From assembly GCA_964475825.1 (NCBI GenBank), contig CAYYXT010000007.1:5137-37136 (forward strand): a stretch of DNA of 32,000 nucleotides, read 5' to 3'. The notes below the pieces were generated by a model. The model ran no database searches, had not been told where the DNA came from, and worked only from the letters and a program-made list of their open reading frames with translations. This DNA comes from an uncultured Nitrosopumilaceae archaeon. Its GTDB lineage: Archaea > Thermoproteota > Nitrososphaeria > Nitrososphaerales > Nitrosopumilaceae. Shown in pieces: positions 1 through 8,898 of this stretch. The number at the start of each line of letters is the position of its first letter. Within the stretch, counting starts at the first letter, position 1. A program made the translations under genes and the position numbers.

Positions 1-700
1 GTGTAGCAGTATGCCATCCACCGGCATCTTCTATACAAGCACATTTCCATATTCCGGCAGTGCCATTAAAATTCATAAATAAATTAGAATTGCTTTTAGC
101 CTTTTGTTCAATTAAAAAATGAAAGTCAAGACTAAGTGCTTGTGCTTGAGTAATTGTAGAATAGTTCTCATTTACATGTCCCCAACGACATTGAACTAGT
201 CCAATATTAGATTTAGAAAAGTGAGGAATTGCTCTTTTTAGAAACCAATTTGGTGGAATAAAATCAGCATCAAAAATTGCTACGAATTCTGTATCGGTAG
301 TTTGCATTGCATGTTTCAAAGCGCCTGCTTTGTACCCCTTTCTGGTGCCACGTCGTACATGTTCAATTTGAAATCCCTGTTTTTTGTATTTAGCAACAAC
401 ATTAGATAAAAGATCCACTGTTTCATCGTCAGAATCATCCAAAACCATTATCTTCATCTTTTCTTTTGGATAATCAATCGAACATACTGCATCAACTAGT
501 CTCTTTGCAACATACTTTTCATTGTAGATTGGTAATTGAATAGTGACTGACGGAGTTCCCACATCAGCAGTAGAAAGTATTTCTTTTCTCTTTATTGAGA
601 GATATGTTAGATAATAGAAATTGCAGGTGTAAGCAGTAATAATAATTGCAGATAAAATAAACAGATCAAAAACAAATTGGGTAAACGAATTAAGTGCCAT
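1..700 (-). CDS. Family 2 glycosyltransferase, processive (cellulose/chitin/glucomannan-synthase-like) type; N-terminal ~233 aa, 3' end runs off the window
   Basis: Not in the supplied ORF track because it is open at the window edge. My minus-strand translation from the ATG at 698-700 gives MALNSFTQFVFDLFILSAIIITAYTCNFYYL (TM helix) ... VTIQLPIYNEKYV ... MVLDDSDD ... FDADF ... LVQCRWGH. The D/DxD motifs plus Q-x-x-R-W are the GT2 processive signature. Confidence 0.8.
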   Translation of the reverse strand, partial: MALNSFTQFVFDLFILSAIIITAYTCNFYYLTYLSIKRKEILSTADVGTPSVTIQLPIYNEKYVAKRLVDAVCSIDYPKEKMKIMVLDDSDDETVDLLSNVVAKYKKQGFQIEHVRRGTRKGYKAGALKHAMQTTDTEFVAIFDADFIPPNWFLKRAIPHFSKSNIGLVQCRWGHVNENYSTITQAQALSLDFHFLIEQKAKSNSNLFMNFNGTAGIWKCACIEDAGGWHTAT

Positions 701-753
701 TGTCTAGTTTCCTAAAATGTCTGGTCACTATTTATACGTGCAAAGTAAATTAC

Positions 754-1701
754 TTATTTTTGCTCAAAGATCTTAATTGCTTGCGGTGGACAAACGCCTT
801 CGCATGCAAGACAAAATATACAATCTGGTTCTCTTGCCATAAGTGGTTTTCTTGCCGAACCAGGATTTCCTGGGGTGTCAAACCATTCATAAACATCCAC
901 GGGACATGCTTCAATACATCCGCCATCTGCAATACAGATATCATAATCAACAGATACAAATTCGCCCCAAACACCAAGAATTCCATTGTTGGTACCTTTT
1001 CTACCCCAAGTCTTGATTGTGTATCCATTTACATCAAATGGAGTAGACAGTTTCATTTTAGATTTGTAAGCAACATCAATTGGTCCTGGTTTTGCTCCAT
1101 CTGGAATTTCGATTTCACCTCCATCATCTTCAGCAATTTCATCTGCAGCTTCAGTTGGTTTTGGTTTAGCATTAAGAACAATTTTTGCAAGAGGAGTAAG
1201 CTCTTCGAGTCTCTGTATTGCTTCAGAATGATTAAGCTTCTCTGCTTTTGCAAGATAAGAAATCATCTTATCAGCTAAGATTGTATTACGTAAGATAGTA
1301 TCAATAACCATTTTTGCAAAATGATCTGCCTTTTTTCTATAATCTTTAACCCAGTTGGGGTCACCGAATTTTTCAATTGGAAAAATTTGATAAATAATAT
1401 CAACCACTTCTCCACTGACAATCTCAACAGTGACAGATAGATCTACTTCTTCATACCCTTTTGCGTCAGGATCTTTCATATTCTGTTCTTTCCAACGATA
1501 TGTTGCGAAGATTCTATCGGCATAAGCATCCATTTCAAACGCCTTTTTTAGGCCATTTTGTACAGATTTAATTTCTAGAGGATCTTCAAGTTTTATTGGC
1601 AATCTATAAAGTCCAAGTTTGAAACCATGAAGAGGATATACGCCACGTTTTGCAGTTGGTGCTTCCATTGTCCAAACTCGATCTTTTAGAAGTAATGACA
1701 T
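754..1701 (-). CDS. Fusion protein: unknown ~215-aa N-terminal domain + acidic linker + C-terminal Sulfolobus-type dicluster ([3Fe-4S][4Fe-4S]) ferredoxin domain
   Basis: 315-aa ORF. The C-terminus contains C256-x2-D-x2-C-x3-C-P (CIADGGCIEACP) and C294-x2-C-x2-C-x3-C-P (CIFCLACEGVCP). The segment VDYDICIADGGCIEACPVDVYEWFDTPGNPGS closely recalls Sulfolobus 7Fe ferredoxin. The N-terminal 215 aa have no motif I recognise. Confidence 0.8.
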   Translation of the reverse strand: MSLLLKDRVWTMEAPTAKRGVYPLHGFKLGLYRLPIKLEDPLEIKSVQNGLKKAFEMDAYADRIFATYRWKEQNMKDPDAKGYEEVDLSVTVEIVSGEVVDIIYQIFPIEKFGDPNWVKDYRKKADHFAKMVIDTILRNTILADKMISYLAKAEKLNHSEAIQRLEELTPLAKIVLNAKPKPTEAADEIAEDDGGEIEIPDGAKPGPIDVAYKSKMKLSTPFDVNGYTIKTWGRKGTNNGILGVWGEFVSVDYDICIADGGCIEACPVDVYEWFDTPGNPGSARKPLMAREPDCIFCLACEGVCPPQAIKIFEQK

Positions 1702-1737
1702 TCGGTTTCAGTAGATTGAATTTATTTAAAAAGGTTA

Positions 1738-2049
1738 TCAGTCACTATCGTCTGGACATGTAAGCTCCCGAAGTTCGATATACTTTTTTTCCATTGCTTC
1801 TGCATATTCTGAGATTTTTTTGAGATCAAATAGATCTTTTGAAAAATACCAGCGAATTGGAACCCAATGTCCAATTCCATCCATATCATGAATCATGCCT
1901 TTATCGGCTTTGACATTTAGTTTTTCATCGATGGATGTGTCTTTTACTGTAAGACCTCTTTTTGTTTTATCTTCCAGGATAAAATCAGTGTCACCGTCTT
2001 TAATGTAATAAAATGAGCCTTTCTTTAGTACAGGAAATTCTAATGACAA
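1738..2049 (-). CDS. Hypothetical protein (103 aa), apparently co-transcribed between rhodanese and the ferredoxin fusion
   Basis: Clean ORF with a 1-nt gap to the upstream rhodanese stop. No recognisable motif. Confidence 0.6.
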   Translation of the reverse strand: MSLEFPVLKKGSFYYIKDGDTDFILEDKTKRGLTVKDTSIDEKLNVKADKGMIHDMDGIGHWVPIRWYFSKDLFDLKKISEYAEAMEKKYIELRELTCPDDSD

Positions 2050-2050
2050 T

Positions 2051-2896
2051 TTATTTTTCCACAGGATTTCCTATCATGTTACCCCATTCGGTCCAAGAAC
2101 CATCATAGTTTCGAACCTTGGAATAACCAAGCAGATATTTTAGGACAAACCAACTATGAGATGATCTTTCTCCAATTCTACAATAACAGATAACATCTTT
2201 GTCTGGTGTAACACCTTTTGATTCATAATTTTGTTTAAGATCTTCTACAGACTTGAATGTACCATCGGCATCATTTACAGCAGTTGCCCATGGAATATTA
2301 TTTGCTTTAGGAATATGTCCGCCTCTTTGTGCATGTTCCATTGGATATTCAGGAGGTGCTGTAATTTCGCCAGAGAATTCTTTTGGAGATCTTACATCAA
2401 CCATCACAGTGTCTTCTCGTCTTAATGCTCTACTAACATCAAAAAGGTAAGCGCGGAGCCCTTCATCAGGTGGTTGTGCTTTGTATGTGGTTAAAGTAAG
2501 TCGTGGTTCTTCTGTAGTGTATTCTTTATTTTCTAATTCCCATTTTTTTCTCCCACCATCCATAATTTTTAGATTTTCATGACCATAGTATTTGAAAACC
2601 CAGAAAACAAATGCTGCAAACCAATTAGTAAAATCACCATAAAGAATTACTTCGGTATCTTCACGTATACCATTTTTAGACATTAATGCCTCAAATTGTT
2701 TTTTATTAATGATGTCTCTAGTTATAGGATCATTAATGTCTCGTTTCCACCAAATTAAGCTAGCTCCTTTAATGTGGCCTTTTTGATATCCGTTTACGGG
2801 ATCATAATCAACTTCAACTAATTTCCTATTTTCATTTGGATGATTTTTTGACACCCAATCTGTGTCTACTAAAACTTCAGGATGTGCGTAGTTCAT
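2051..2896 (-). CDS. Thiosulfate sulfurtransferase (tandem rhodanese domains)
   Basis: 281 aa with a two-rhodanese architecture. Catalytic loop is CYCRIGERSSHSWFVL (C-R-x-G-x-R, TST type). The C-terminus NYDGSWTEWG is typical of SseA/CysA-like enzymes. Confidence 0.85.
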   Translation of the reverse strand: MNYAHPEVLVDTDWVSKNHPNENRKLVEVDYDPVNGYQKGHIKGASLIWWKRDINDPITRDIINKKQFEALMSKNGIREDTEVILYGDFTNWFAAFVFWVFKYYGHENLKIMDGGRKKWELENKEYTTEEPRLTLTTYKAQPPDEGLRAYLFDVSRALRREDTVMVDVRSPKEFSGEITAPPEYPMEHAQRGGHIPKANNIPWATAVNDADGTFKSVEDLKQNYESKGVTPDKDVICYCRIGERSSHSWFVLKYLLGYSKVRNYDGSWTEWGNMIGNPVEK

Positions 2897-2989
2897 GTTA
2901 TTTTATAAATTTGTATTCATACTTATTTGTTTTTACAGTAAATTAAATAAAAAATATCTTTTTAACTAAATGAAATTTAGGAGAACTAC

Positions 2990-3805
2990 TTGAAACTTCA
3001 AAAAGTGGCAGTGATTAGTAAAGTAGGTTCAAAAGAGTCAGAAGAGGCAGCAAAAAATGTTGTAAAAAAGTTTCTAGCAAAAAAATCCACGGTATTTACA
3101 ATTTCTCCCATAGAAGTAGAAGGTGCAAAAAAAGTAGAGACACTAGATGAGCTGAAAAAAGAAAAGCTGGATTTGGTAGTTACATTAGGGGGAGATGGAA
3201 CAACTCTAAGAGTTTTCAGGTATCTTGAAAACGATACTCCAATTCTAACAATTAACGTAGGCGGAAATAGGGGCATATTATCTGAGATAACGATTGATGA
3301 AATAGATGAGGCAATTGATAAAATTCTAAAAGATAAATTCTTTTTAGATAAACGAATCAGAATTGTTGCTTCATGTGGAGGTAAAGAATTTCCACCAGCA
3401 TTAAATGAGATTTACATTTGTAGAACAAATCTTACAAAAACTGCAGAAATTGAGATAAAATTTCAAAATGACACAGTCAAACAAAAAATGGACGGGGTCA
3501 TAATTGCCACTCCAAGCGGCTCAACAGGACACTCATTTTCTTTAGGTGGTCCGATTCTTCATGAAAGCCTAGATGTTTTGATTATAACACCAGTTGCTCC
3601 AGTTTACAGATTAGAATCAATTGTGGTGCCAGATGAAAAAATAGAAATAATATCATCACATGACTGCAGTATAGTTATGGATGCACAGGTAGTAAAGTCG
3701 GCAGGTTATGGTGAACCGATAATTATAAAGAGGTATAGAAAACCAGCAGTCTTTGTTAGATTGAAGAAACGAGGACTGAGACAGATGAGTAAACTTGGAT
3801 TTTAG
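2990..3805 (+). CDS. nadK: NAD(+) kinase
   Basis: 271 aa with a TTG start preceded by AGGAG. Contains GGDGT, NEI and TPSGSTGHSFSLGGP motifs. Confidence 0.9.
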   Translation: MKLQKVAVISKVGSKESEEAAKNVVKKFLAKKSTVFTISPIEVEGAKKVETLDELKKEKLDLVVTLGGDGTTLRVFRYLENDTPILTINVGGNRGILSEITIDEIDEAIDKILKDKFFLDKRIRIVASCGGKEFPPALNEIYICRTNLTKTAEIEIKFQNDTVKQKMDGVIIATPSGSTGHSFSLGGPILHESLDVLIITPVAPVYRLESIVVPDEKIEIISSHDCSIVMDAQVVKSAGYGEPIIIKRYRKPAVFVRLKKRGLRQMSKLGF

Positions 3806-4301
3806 AATATTAGATGCAAGTGCATTTTATGCAGGAGTTCCATTTGGATCAGCCAATGATTGCTATACAACATCTCTTGTTTATGAGGAAATAAAACACA
3901 TCAAAAAAAATCATGATGCATTAGGAACACTGCTAGAAACTAATCGATTAAAAATAATGGATCCAGACAAAGAATCAACAAATGCGGCCATAGTATCTGC
4001 TAAAGAAACGGGTGATTTTCTACAATTATCAAAGCAAGATATTTCAATAATTGCGCTATGTATCAGCCTTAAAGGCGAGATTATTTCGGATGATTTTGCA
4101 ATTACAAATGTTGCAAAAAATATAGGATTGAAGATATCACCTATAATGACAAATAGTTTTCAAGATGTTGGTAAATGGGTTCATTATTGTCCAGGTTGTC
4201 GTACAAGCCATACGACTGGAAAAGAGTGTCAAATGTGTGGTACCCCACTTAAGAGAAAATTACTCAAGGGGCAATCTCCGTCCATACCAATCAACGAATG
4301 A
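3795..4301 (+). CDS. nob1: Nob1-like endonuclease (PIN domain + C-terminal zinc ribbon), 16S rRNA 3'-end maturation
   Basis: 168 aa with a TTG start overlapping the nadK end. N-terminal PIN-like region (ILDASAF ...) and C-terminal CPGC-x12-CQMC zinc ribbon. Confidence 0.75.
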   Translation: MDFRILDASAFYAGVPFGSANDCYTTSLVYEEIKHIKKNHDALGTLLETNRLKIMDPDKESTNAAIVSAKETGDFLQLSKQDISIIALCISLKGEIISDDFAITNVAKNIGLKISPIMTNSFQDVGKWVHYCPGCRTSHTTGKECQMCGTPLKRKLLKGQSPSIPINE

Positions 4302-5027
4302 TCCATCATACAATTTTATATTTTGATAACCTGCAATCATCAATTGTAAAAATAGACTAGATGCTCTATGACCATGCATACAGTAACAAACAATTTCACT
4401 ATCTTTAGATATTTGATTTTGAGAAAATAGATTTTGTAAAAAATCTTTATTTTGAAATAATTTACCATCGTAGGCTATTCCTTCAGTAAATGGAATTAGT
4501 TTTGAATTAGGCAAATGTCCTCCTATAAACTCTTGAGGTGTTCTCGCATCTAAGATTACAAAATTATTCAGATTTTCTTTAAGATAATCAGACTCTATTC
4601 GAATTTTAGAGTGGGTTTTTGGAGTAAATGTTGTTGATTCAGGAATGAATAATCTTTTTGTTAATTCAAATCCGTTTCTTTGCAAGTCCATAATATTTGC
4701 ATCAAGTAGACATGTTTTTTCATGTCCAAAGTAGAGAAATGTCCATGCAATCCTAGCAGCTGATGGATCCATAGAATCGCCAATAAGGACAACAGTTTTA
4801 GAATTATTAATTCCAAGCGAACTAAAAAGATCAGTAATTTTTTTTTCATCAACGACTAGATTTGCACCGTATTGATCAAATTGGATAACTTGTTCTATTG
4901 TTAGTGATTGAGATTTTGAGATATGACCATACAAAAATATTGTTTTAGGACGGGTATCTAAAATGACAATATTTGGATCAGAGCGATGATCTTTTAGCCA
5001 ATCTATTGAAACTAACATCAATGACAT
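4260..5027 (-). CDS. Rhodanese-domain sulfurtransferase (tandem domains)
   Basis: 255 aa. The second domain has the catalytic loop CYCMHGHRAS, and the C-terminus is LYDGSFVDW. It is the last gene of the minus-strand exosome-operon run. Confidence 0.8.
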   Translation of the reverse strand: MSLMLVSIDWLKDHRSDPNIVILDTRPKTIFLYGHISKSQSLTIEQVIQFDQYGANLVVDEKKITDLFSSLGINNSKTVVLIGDSMDPSAARIAWTFLYFGHEKTCLLDANIMDLQRNGFELTKRLFIPESTTFTPKTHSKIRIESDYLKENLNNFVILDARTPQEFIGGHLPNSKLIPFTEGIAYDGKLFQNKDFLQNLFSQNQISKDSEIVCYCMHGHRASSLFLQLMIAGYQNIKLYDGSFVDWYGRRLPLE

Positions 5028-5052
5028 AGATTTGTCAATTTATTTAATAGTA

Positions 5053-5784
5053 TCATGTATCATGCAAAGTTTTTTGATTTGATTCTTTGAGGTATTTACT
5101 TTGGGATTCAAGCACTTTTTTTATTTTTTTAGCTCTGGCATCCCCAAGACCTTCAACTTTTGCAAGTTCAGTAGTTGTAGCAGTGAAAACTTTCAAAGGA
5201 GTTCCAAATTTCTCAAGCATTCTAACAGCAAATTTCTCTCCAATGCCAGGCAAACTACAAAGAGATGATAATTGTTGTTTTTCCAAATCATTTGATTTTT
5301 TTATTTTTTTCAGATAGGGACCTTTTGTGGATTCATTTCTAGAACACAATGAAACAAGTAATTTTGCAGTATGAATTGCACTAGGAGTAGGAATTATTGG
5401 AATTTTAAAATCAATTACCACTGTAGATAATGCACCATAGAAAATCATTGGATTATCAACTATTTCTTCAATTTCGTCTACATTTCCTTCCACAACCACT
5501 ATTGGGAATTGAAAATGTTCTTTTAATCTAGAGCATTGATCAAAAAGCCTACCATCAAAAACAGAAGACATCAAATCGCGGATACTTTTGCGCTCTACAA
5601 CAGTTTCAGGTGCAACAATGTAATCACCGACAGGCAATGTTTTCATTTCAAGATTAAGACCTATAGATTTTAGCAGATCAGGAATTCCACTCTTACGTTC
5701 TCGTTCATCTACAATGATTCGTAAATTTTCTAATTTCACCAAATGTAATTTTGTTAATTTGTTAATATCTTTTTGAAATCTCAA
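5053..5784 (-). CDS. xpf: ERCC4-type nuclease, short archaeal XPF form (nuclease + tandem HhH)
   Basis: 243 aa. ERCC4 signature VGDYIV ... VVERKSIRDL (GDxnERKxxxD). C-terminal LPGIGEKFAVRMLEKFG ... VEGLGDARAKKI forms an (HhH)2. Confidence 0.85.
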   Translation of the reverse strand: MRFQKDINKLTKLHLVKLENLRIIVDERERKSGIPDLLKSIGLNLEMKTLPVGDYIVAPETVVERKSIRDLMSSVFDGRLFDQCSRLKEHFQFPIVVVEGNVDEIEEIVDNPMIFYGALSTVVIDFKIPIIPTPSAIHTAKLLVSLCSRNESTKGPYLKKIKKSNDLEKQQLSSLCSLPGIGEKFAVRMLEKFGTPLKVFTATTTELAKVEGLGDARAKKIKKVLESQSKYLKESNQKTLHDT

Positions 5785-5792
5785 TTATCAGA

Positions 5793-6200
5793 CTATTTCC
5801 TAGGATTATCATCGGATGGTGGAGGCTTTGATATTTGAGCGCTTCCCGATGCTGGACCTCGCATCATTTCGGTGATTTTGGCTTCTTGTTCTTTGAGAGA
5901 TTCTTTAATTCTAGATTCTTGTTTTTCAAGAACAGTTGAACGTGTTTTTGCCATCTCTTTTTGTTCTTCTAATTCATCAATTAGTTCTTGTTTAGTAGAT
6001 TTTATCAAAATTGAACCAGCATGTTTGTATACATTATCATCATCTGCAGCTTTTTTTAATTCCTCAAGTGCCTTCTCAGTTTCAATTTTTTCCATCTCAA
6101 GATGTTGTTTTTGTGTCATTATTGATTGAAGGTTTTGTTGAGATTGCTGCATTTTCATGAGCTGTTCTTGAAGCCAAGGAGGCATTTGTCCTGCTGACAT
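5793..6200 (-). CDS. pfdB: Prefoldin beta subunit
   Basis: 135 aa. Two long heptad/coiled-coil stretches flank a central YKHAGSILIK beta-hairpin region. The position next to Pcc1/L37Ae is conserved. Confidence 0.8.
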   Translation of the reverse strand: MSAGQMPPWLQEQLMKMQQSQQNLQSIMTQKQHLEMEKIETEKALEELKKAADDDNVYKHAGSILIKSTKQELIDELEEQKEMAKTRSTVLEKQESRIKESLKEQEAKITEMMRGPASGSAQISKPPPSDDNPRK

Positions 6201-6224
6201 GTTAATACAATATCGTTGATTTCA

Positions 6225-6470
6225 TTATATCTTTACCGATTCAATTGAATCATAACTTGCCTGAATTAATCTCAAAGTTGAATTAAGATTTGCTCGTAAG
6301 TGTGGAATATAATCAGATTCTATTGAAATGGTGATTTTGTCATTTAATGACATGTGGGTTTTTGTAGGATTTTCTGGATAAAATTCATTATCAGTGTTTA
6401 TAGAATCAAATATCGCTTTTGTTTTCTCTTTTGCGTCAATAGTGATTTTTGCATTAAAGCTTGATATCAT
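6225..6470 (-). CDS. pcc1: KEOPS complex subunit Pcc1
   Basis: 81 aa. HLRANLNSTLRLIQAS matches the Pcc1 LRAxLNSxLR motif. The location between L37Ae and prefoldin beta is syntenic. Confidence 0.7.
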   Translation of the reverse strand: MISSFNAKITIDAKEKTKAIFDSINTDNEFYPENPTKTHMSLNDKITISIESDYIPHLRANLNSTLRLIQASYDSIESVKI

Positions 6471-6663
6471 ATGCTGTTCCAGCTACTTTGAAACTACATT
6501 TCTTACAAGACCAAATACCAACTGCATCTCGATTGAACTGTTGAGAACCACATTCAGGGCAAGTTCTCTTTTCTTTTAGTTGGAAGTGAATTTTGGTATA
6601 CTGTTTTCTAATTTTGATACCATATCTTGCACCTAATCCTTTTAGGGATTTGTTCTTTGCCAA
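6454..6663 (-). CDS. rpl37ae: 50S ribosomal protein L37Ae (eL43)
   Basis: 69 aa. N-terminal GARYG and a zinc ribbon CPECG-x14-CKKC. Confidence 0.9.
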   Translation of the reverse strand: MAKNKSLKGLGARYGIKIRKQYTKIHFQLKEKRTCPECGSQQFNRDAVGIWSCKKCSFKVAGTAYDIKL

Positions 6664-6664
6664 T

Positions 6665-7483
6665 TTATTGGCCTCCTTCCTTTGCTTGTTTTAACTTTTC
6701 TCTTATTTTTGAGCCTACTTTAACAGATATTTCACCGCATTTGATTACCTCATCAAAGGTAAATCCACCGTTTCCTCCTTTTTGCAAAGCACAAATGTTT
6801 CCATTAGAATCAGTAGTGATTGTAATTCTTGCATCCATACTATCCCATTCATCACCATTTGGATCAACAATTATGTAATTTCCAATTTTGCCCATAGTGA
6901 CAGAAACTGGAATAGTAGTGGTTGGGACATATGATTCTCCACCTTCAACTAAAGTTGGGATATCATCTTTCATTTCCCATTTTGGTGTTTTGGAAGAGAG
7001 AATTGCAGCTGTTGTGGCATAAGCACATGCATCAAACAAATTTCCATCATAATCAACTACGACATTATCAGCAAAAACTCCAACAACCGATTTATTTTTT
7101 TGAATTACTAATTGAGACAAATCAATCATGTGACTTTCTCTGATACCTCTATCAACTACTCTTGCCAATTCAATAACATCAGGTCCAGGAGGTCCAGTTT
7201 CAACACTTGGATGAGAAAGTGGTAAAAGCTCGGCAGTACAAATGAAGATACCTTTGTCACCCATATCTGGAAAAGGTCTATCTGGTTGAATTTTAACACC
7301 GCAAATTACTTCACTGTCACCTAATCTAACTCGTGCAGAACCATTTGCTTTTGGAATTGCGTTTATTTCAATTATTAATTTTCGTGGTTCGTCTAGTGCT
7401 CTTCCATCAACTCTTTTTCCCTGTTCTAATAATTCAAGGATTTGAGATTTTTTTAGTTCATCAATTACAGAAGTAGATGTCAT
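6665..7483 (-). CDS. rrp42: Exosome complex RNase PH-like subunit Rrp42
   Basis: 272 aa with an RNase PH fold pattern (RVDGRALDEPR, NGSARVRLG). Follows rrp41 directly. Confidence 0.9.
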   Translation of the reverse strand: MTSTSVIDELKKSQILELLEQGKRVDGRALDEPRKLIIEINAIPKANGSARVRLGDSEVICGVKIQPDRPFPDMGDKGIFICTAELLPLSHPSVETGPPGPDVIELARVVDRGIRESHMIDLSQLVIQKNKSVVGVFADNVVVDYDGNLFDACAYATTAAILSSKTPKWEMKDDIPTLVEGGESYVPTTTIPVSVTMGKIGNYIIVDPNGDEWDSMDARITITTDSNGNICALQKGGNGGFTFDEVIKCGEISVKVGSKIREKLKQAKEGGQ

Positions 7484-8218
7484 TTATTTTTCTCCGTTTC
7501 CAAAATATTTTTCAGTTAGTGCTTTCTTTTGTAATTCATAAACAATTTTACAACCATGAATTCCTGTCTCGACACATTTCTTATATTCTGCAGGAGTTAG
7601 TACGCCATCTAATTGGAGTAGTGTAATTTTTTCGAGACTTGGCATGTAGCCAATAGGCATATCTGCTTGTCCTGCTTGATCTTCTTCATTATTAACATCA
7701 AGAATAATTGTATCTGCCGCTTTACCTGCAGCACATGCTGCCACCATATCCCTCATAGGAATTCCAGCATCAGCCAAAGCTACAGATGCAGCAGAAAGGG
7801 CAGCACATCGAGTACCGCCATCGGCTTGAAGAACTTCGATATAAACATCAACTGCTGTTCTTGGAAATTTGTCTAACATTACTGCAGGCTCTAATGCTTC
7901 TTTGATAACTTTGGAAATTTCAATTTCTCTTCTAGATGGTGCAGGATTTTTTCTCTCAGTTACAGAAAATGGCTCCATATGATATCTAACTCGTAAAATA
8001 CCGGTATCTGTGTTGGACATGTGTTTCGGATGGACATCTCGTGGACCAAATACTCCAACCAAAATTTTGTTATCACCAAATTCAATGTATGCTGAACCAT
8101 CAGCGTTTTTTAATCCTCCAGCTTTAATCATAATTCGTCTTGGTTCATCGACTTTTCTACCATCACAACGAATTCCATTTTCATCTAGTAACACTAGTGC
8201 TGTATCTCTTCCGCCCAT
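7484..8218 (-). CDS. rrp41: Exosome complex exonuclease Rrp41
   Basis: 244 aa. Contains RCDGRKVDEPR, DGSAYIEFG and QADGGTRCAALSAASVALADAG (phosphorolytic-site region). Confidence 0.9.
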   Translation of the reverse strand: MGGRDTALVLLDENGIRCDGRKVDEPRRIMIKAGGLKNADGSAYIEFGDNKILVGVFGPRDVHPKHMSNTDTGILRVRYHMEPFSVTERKNPAPSRREIEISKVIKEALEPAVMLDKFPRTAVDVYIEVLQADGGTRCAALSAASVALADAGIPMRDMVAACAAGKAADTIILDVNNEEDQAGQADMPIGYMPSLEKITLLQLDGVLTPAEYKKCVETGIHGCKIVYELQKKALTEKYFGNGEK

Positions 8219-8898
8219 TATGATTCACCTTTTGATTCTAACATTTCTTTTACTTGGTCAGTTAAATTAGCGACATGTGCCTTTTCATCTACCATTTGTA
8301 TTGCTTTTTTAGCCTTTAATAATCCCTCGGGAGTTTCACATGAAACCACTACCCAACCATTTTGACCAATGGTAATAGCAGCACCCGTAGCCATTTCAAT
8401 TGTTTGAATCATAGTTCCTCTTTTTCCAATCAGACGTGGGACTTTGCTAGGGGAAATCTTGACCAAGTGTCCAGAATCAATCTTACCGAGATCTCTATCA
8501 GCTATTGTAACAAGTGGATCTCTAGTTCTATCAAAATTAGCAATTCTAGCTGCAACAAGATCACCTGATTTCAACTTTGATGAAAGTTCATCGGCATGTG
8601 CAGAAAAATCTCTCCCAAAAACATCTTGTGCAGGTAAAAATCCCACATAACATGAATTAATATCCAATTCCCAAGATAACGATGTATGAGATATGATTTT
8701 ACCAATTACAAGGTCATCGATTTTTGGGATGTATTTTCCAGTTAGCGGTATTACTTTAATGGAATCATCGTAAATTTCTGAAATTCCTATGGCAGTAGAA
8801 ATGATTTTGTTGCCATCAAGGATTACATTTTGTTCAGGTCTGTAAGGACCTGTTGTAATTACATCGCCAGGTATAACATATTTTCTTTTGTTCTCCAT
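8218..8898 (-). CDS. rrp4: Exosome complex RNA-binding subunit Rrp4 (S1 + KH)
   Basis: 226 aa. N-terminal VIPGD, an S1-like middle, and KH motif IGKRGTMIQ. Start and stop overlap the neighbouring genes. Confidence 0.9.
   Translation of the reverse strand: MENKRKYVIPGDVITTGPYRPEQNVILDGNKIISTAIGISEIYDDSIKVIPLTGKYIPKIDDLVIGKIISHTSLSWELDINSCYVGFLPAQDVFGRDFSAHADELSSKLKSGDLVAARIANFDRTRDPLVTIADRDLGKIDSGHLVKISPSKVPRLIGKRGTMIQTIEMATGAAITIGQNGWVVVSCETPEGLLKAKKAIQMVDEKAHVANLTDQVKEMLESKGES

Noticed and set aside
694-1278. Long plus-strand ORF (194 aa) and nested minus-strand ORFs (750-1028, 1053-1253) overlapping the ferredoxin-fusion gene
   Set aside because: The translations are low-complexity and rich in Phe/Cys/Ser/Ile, as expected for antisense or off-frame reading of an AT-rich coding region. 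The 754-1701 minus-strand frame carries clear ferredoxin motifs. The same reasoning applies to the other short shadow ORFs in the track: 2231-2450, 2998-3276, 4661-4852, 5087-5317, 5872-6129, 6394-6579, 6627-6878, 6922-7143, 7667-7876, 8010-8270, 8362-8650, 8830-9450, 10749-10943, 11749-11952, 12258-12476, 12849-13118, 13908-14099, 14501-14829, 15377-16398, 16966-17148, 18118-18339, 19717-20001, 20310-20522, 21339-21602, 24341-24523, 25948-26265, 26478-26705, 27080-27280, 27576-27779, 27794-29029, 29715-30583.
4260-4301. 42-bp convergent overlap of the nob1 and rhodanese 3' ends, plus the 23-bp overlap of the nucleotidyltransferase and leuD at 13358-13380
   Set aside because: Short 3'-3' overlaps are common in compact archaeal genomes. 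Nothing else marks these sites as special.
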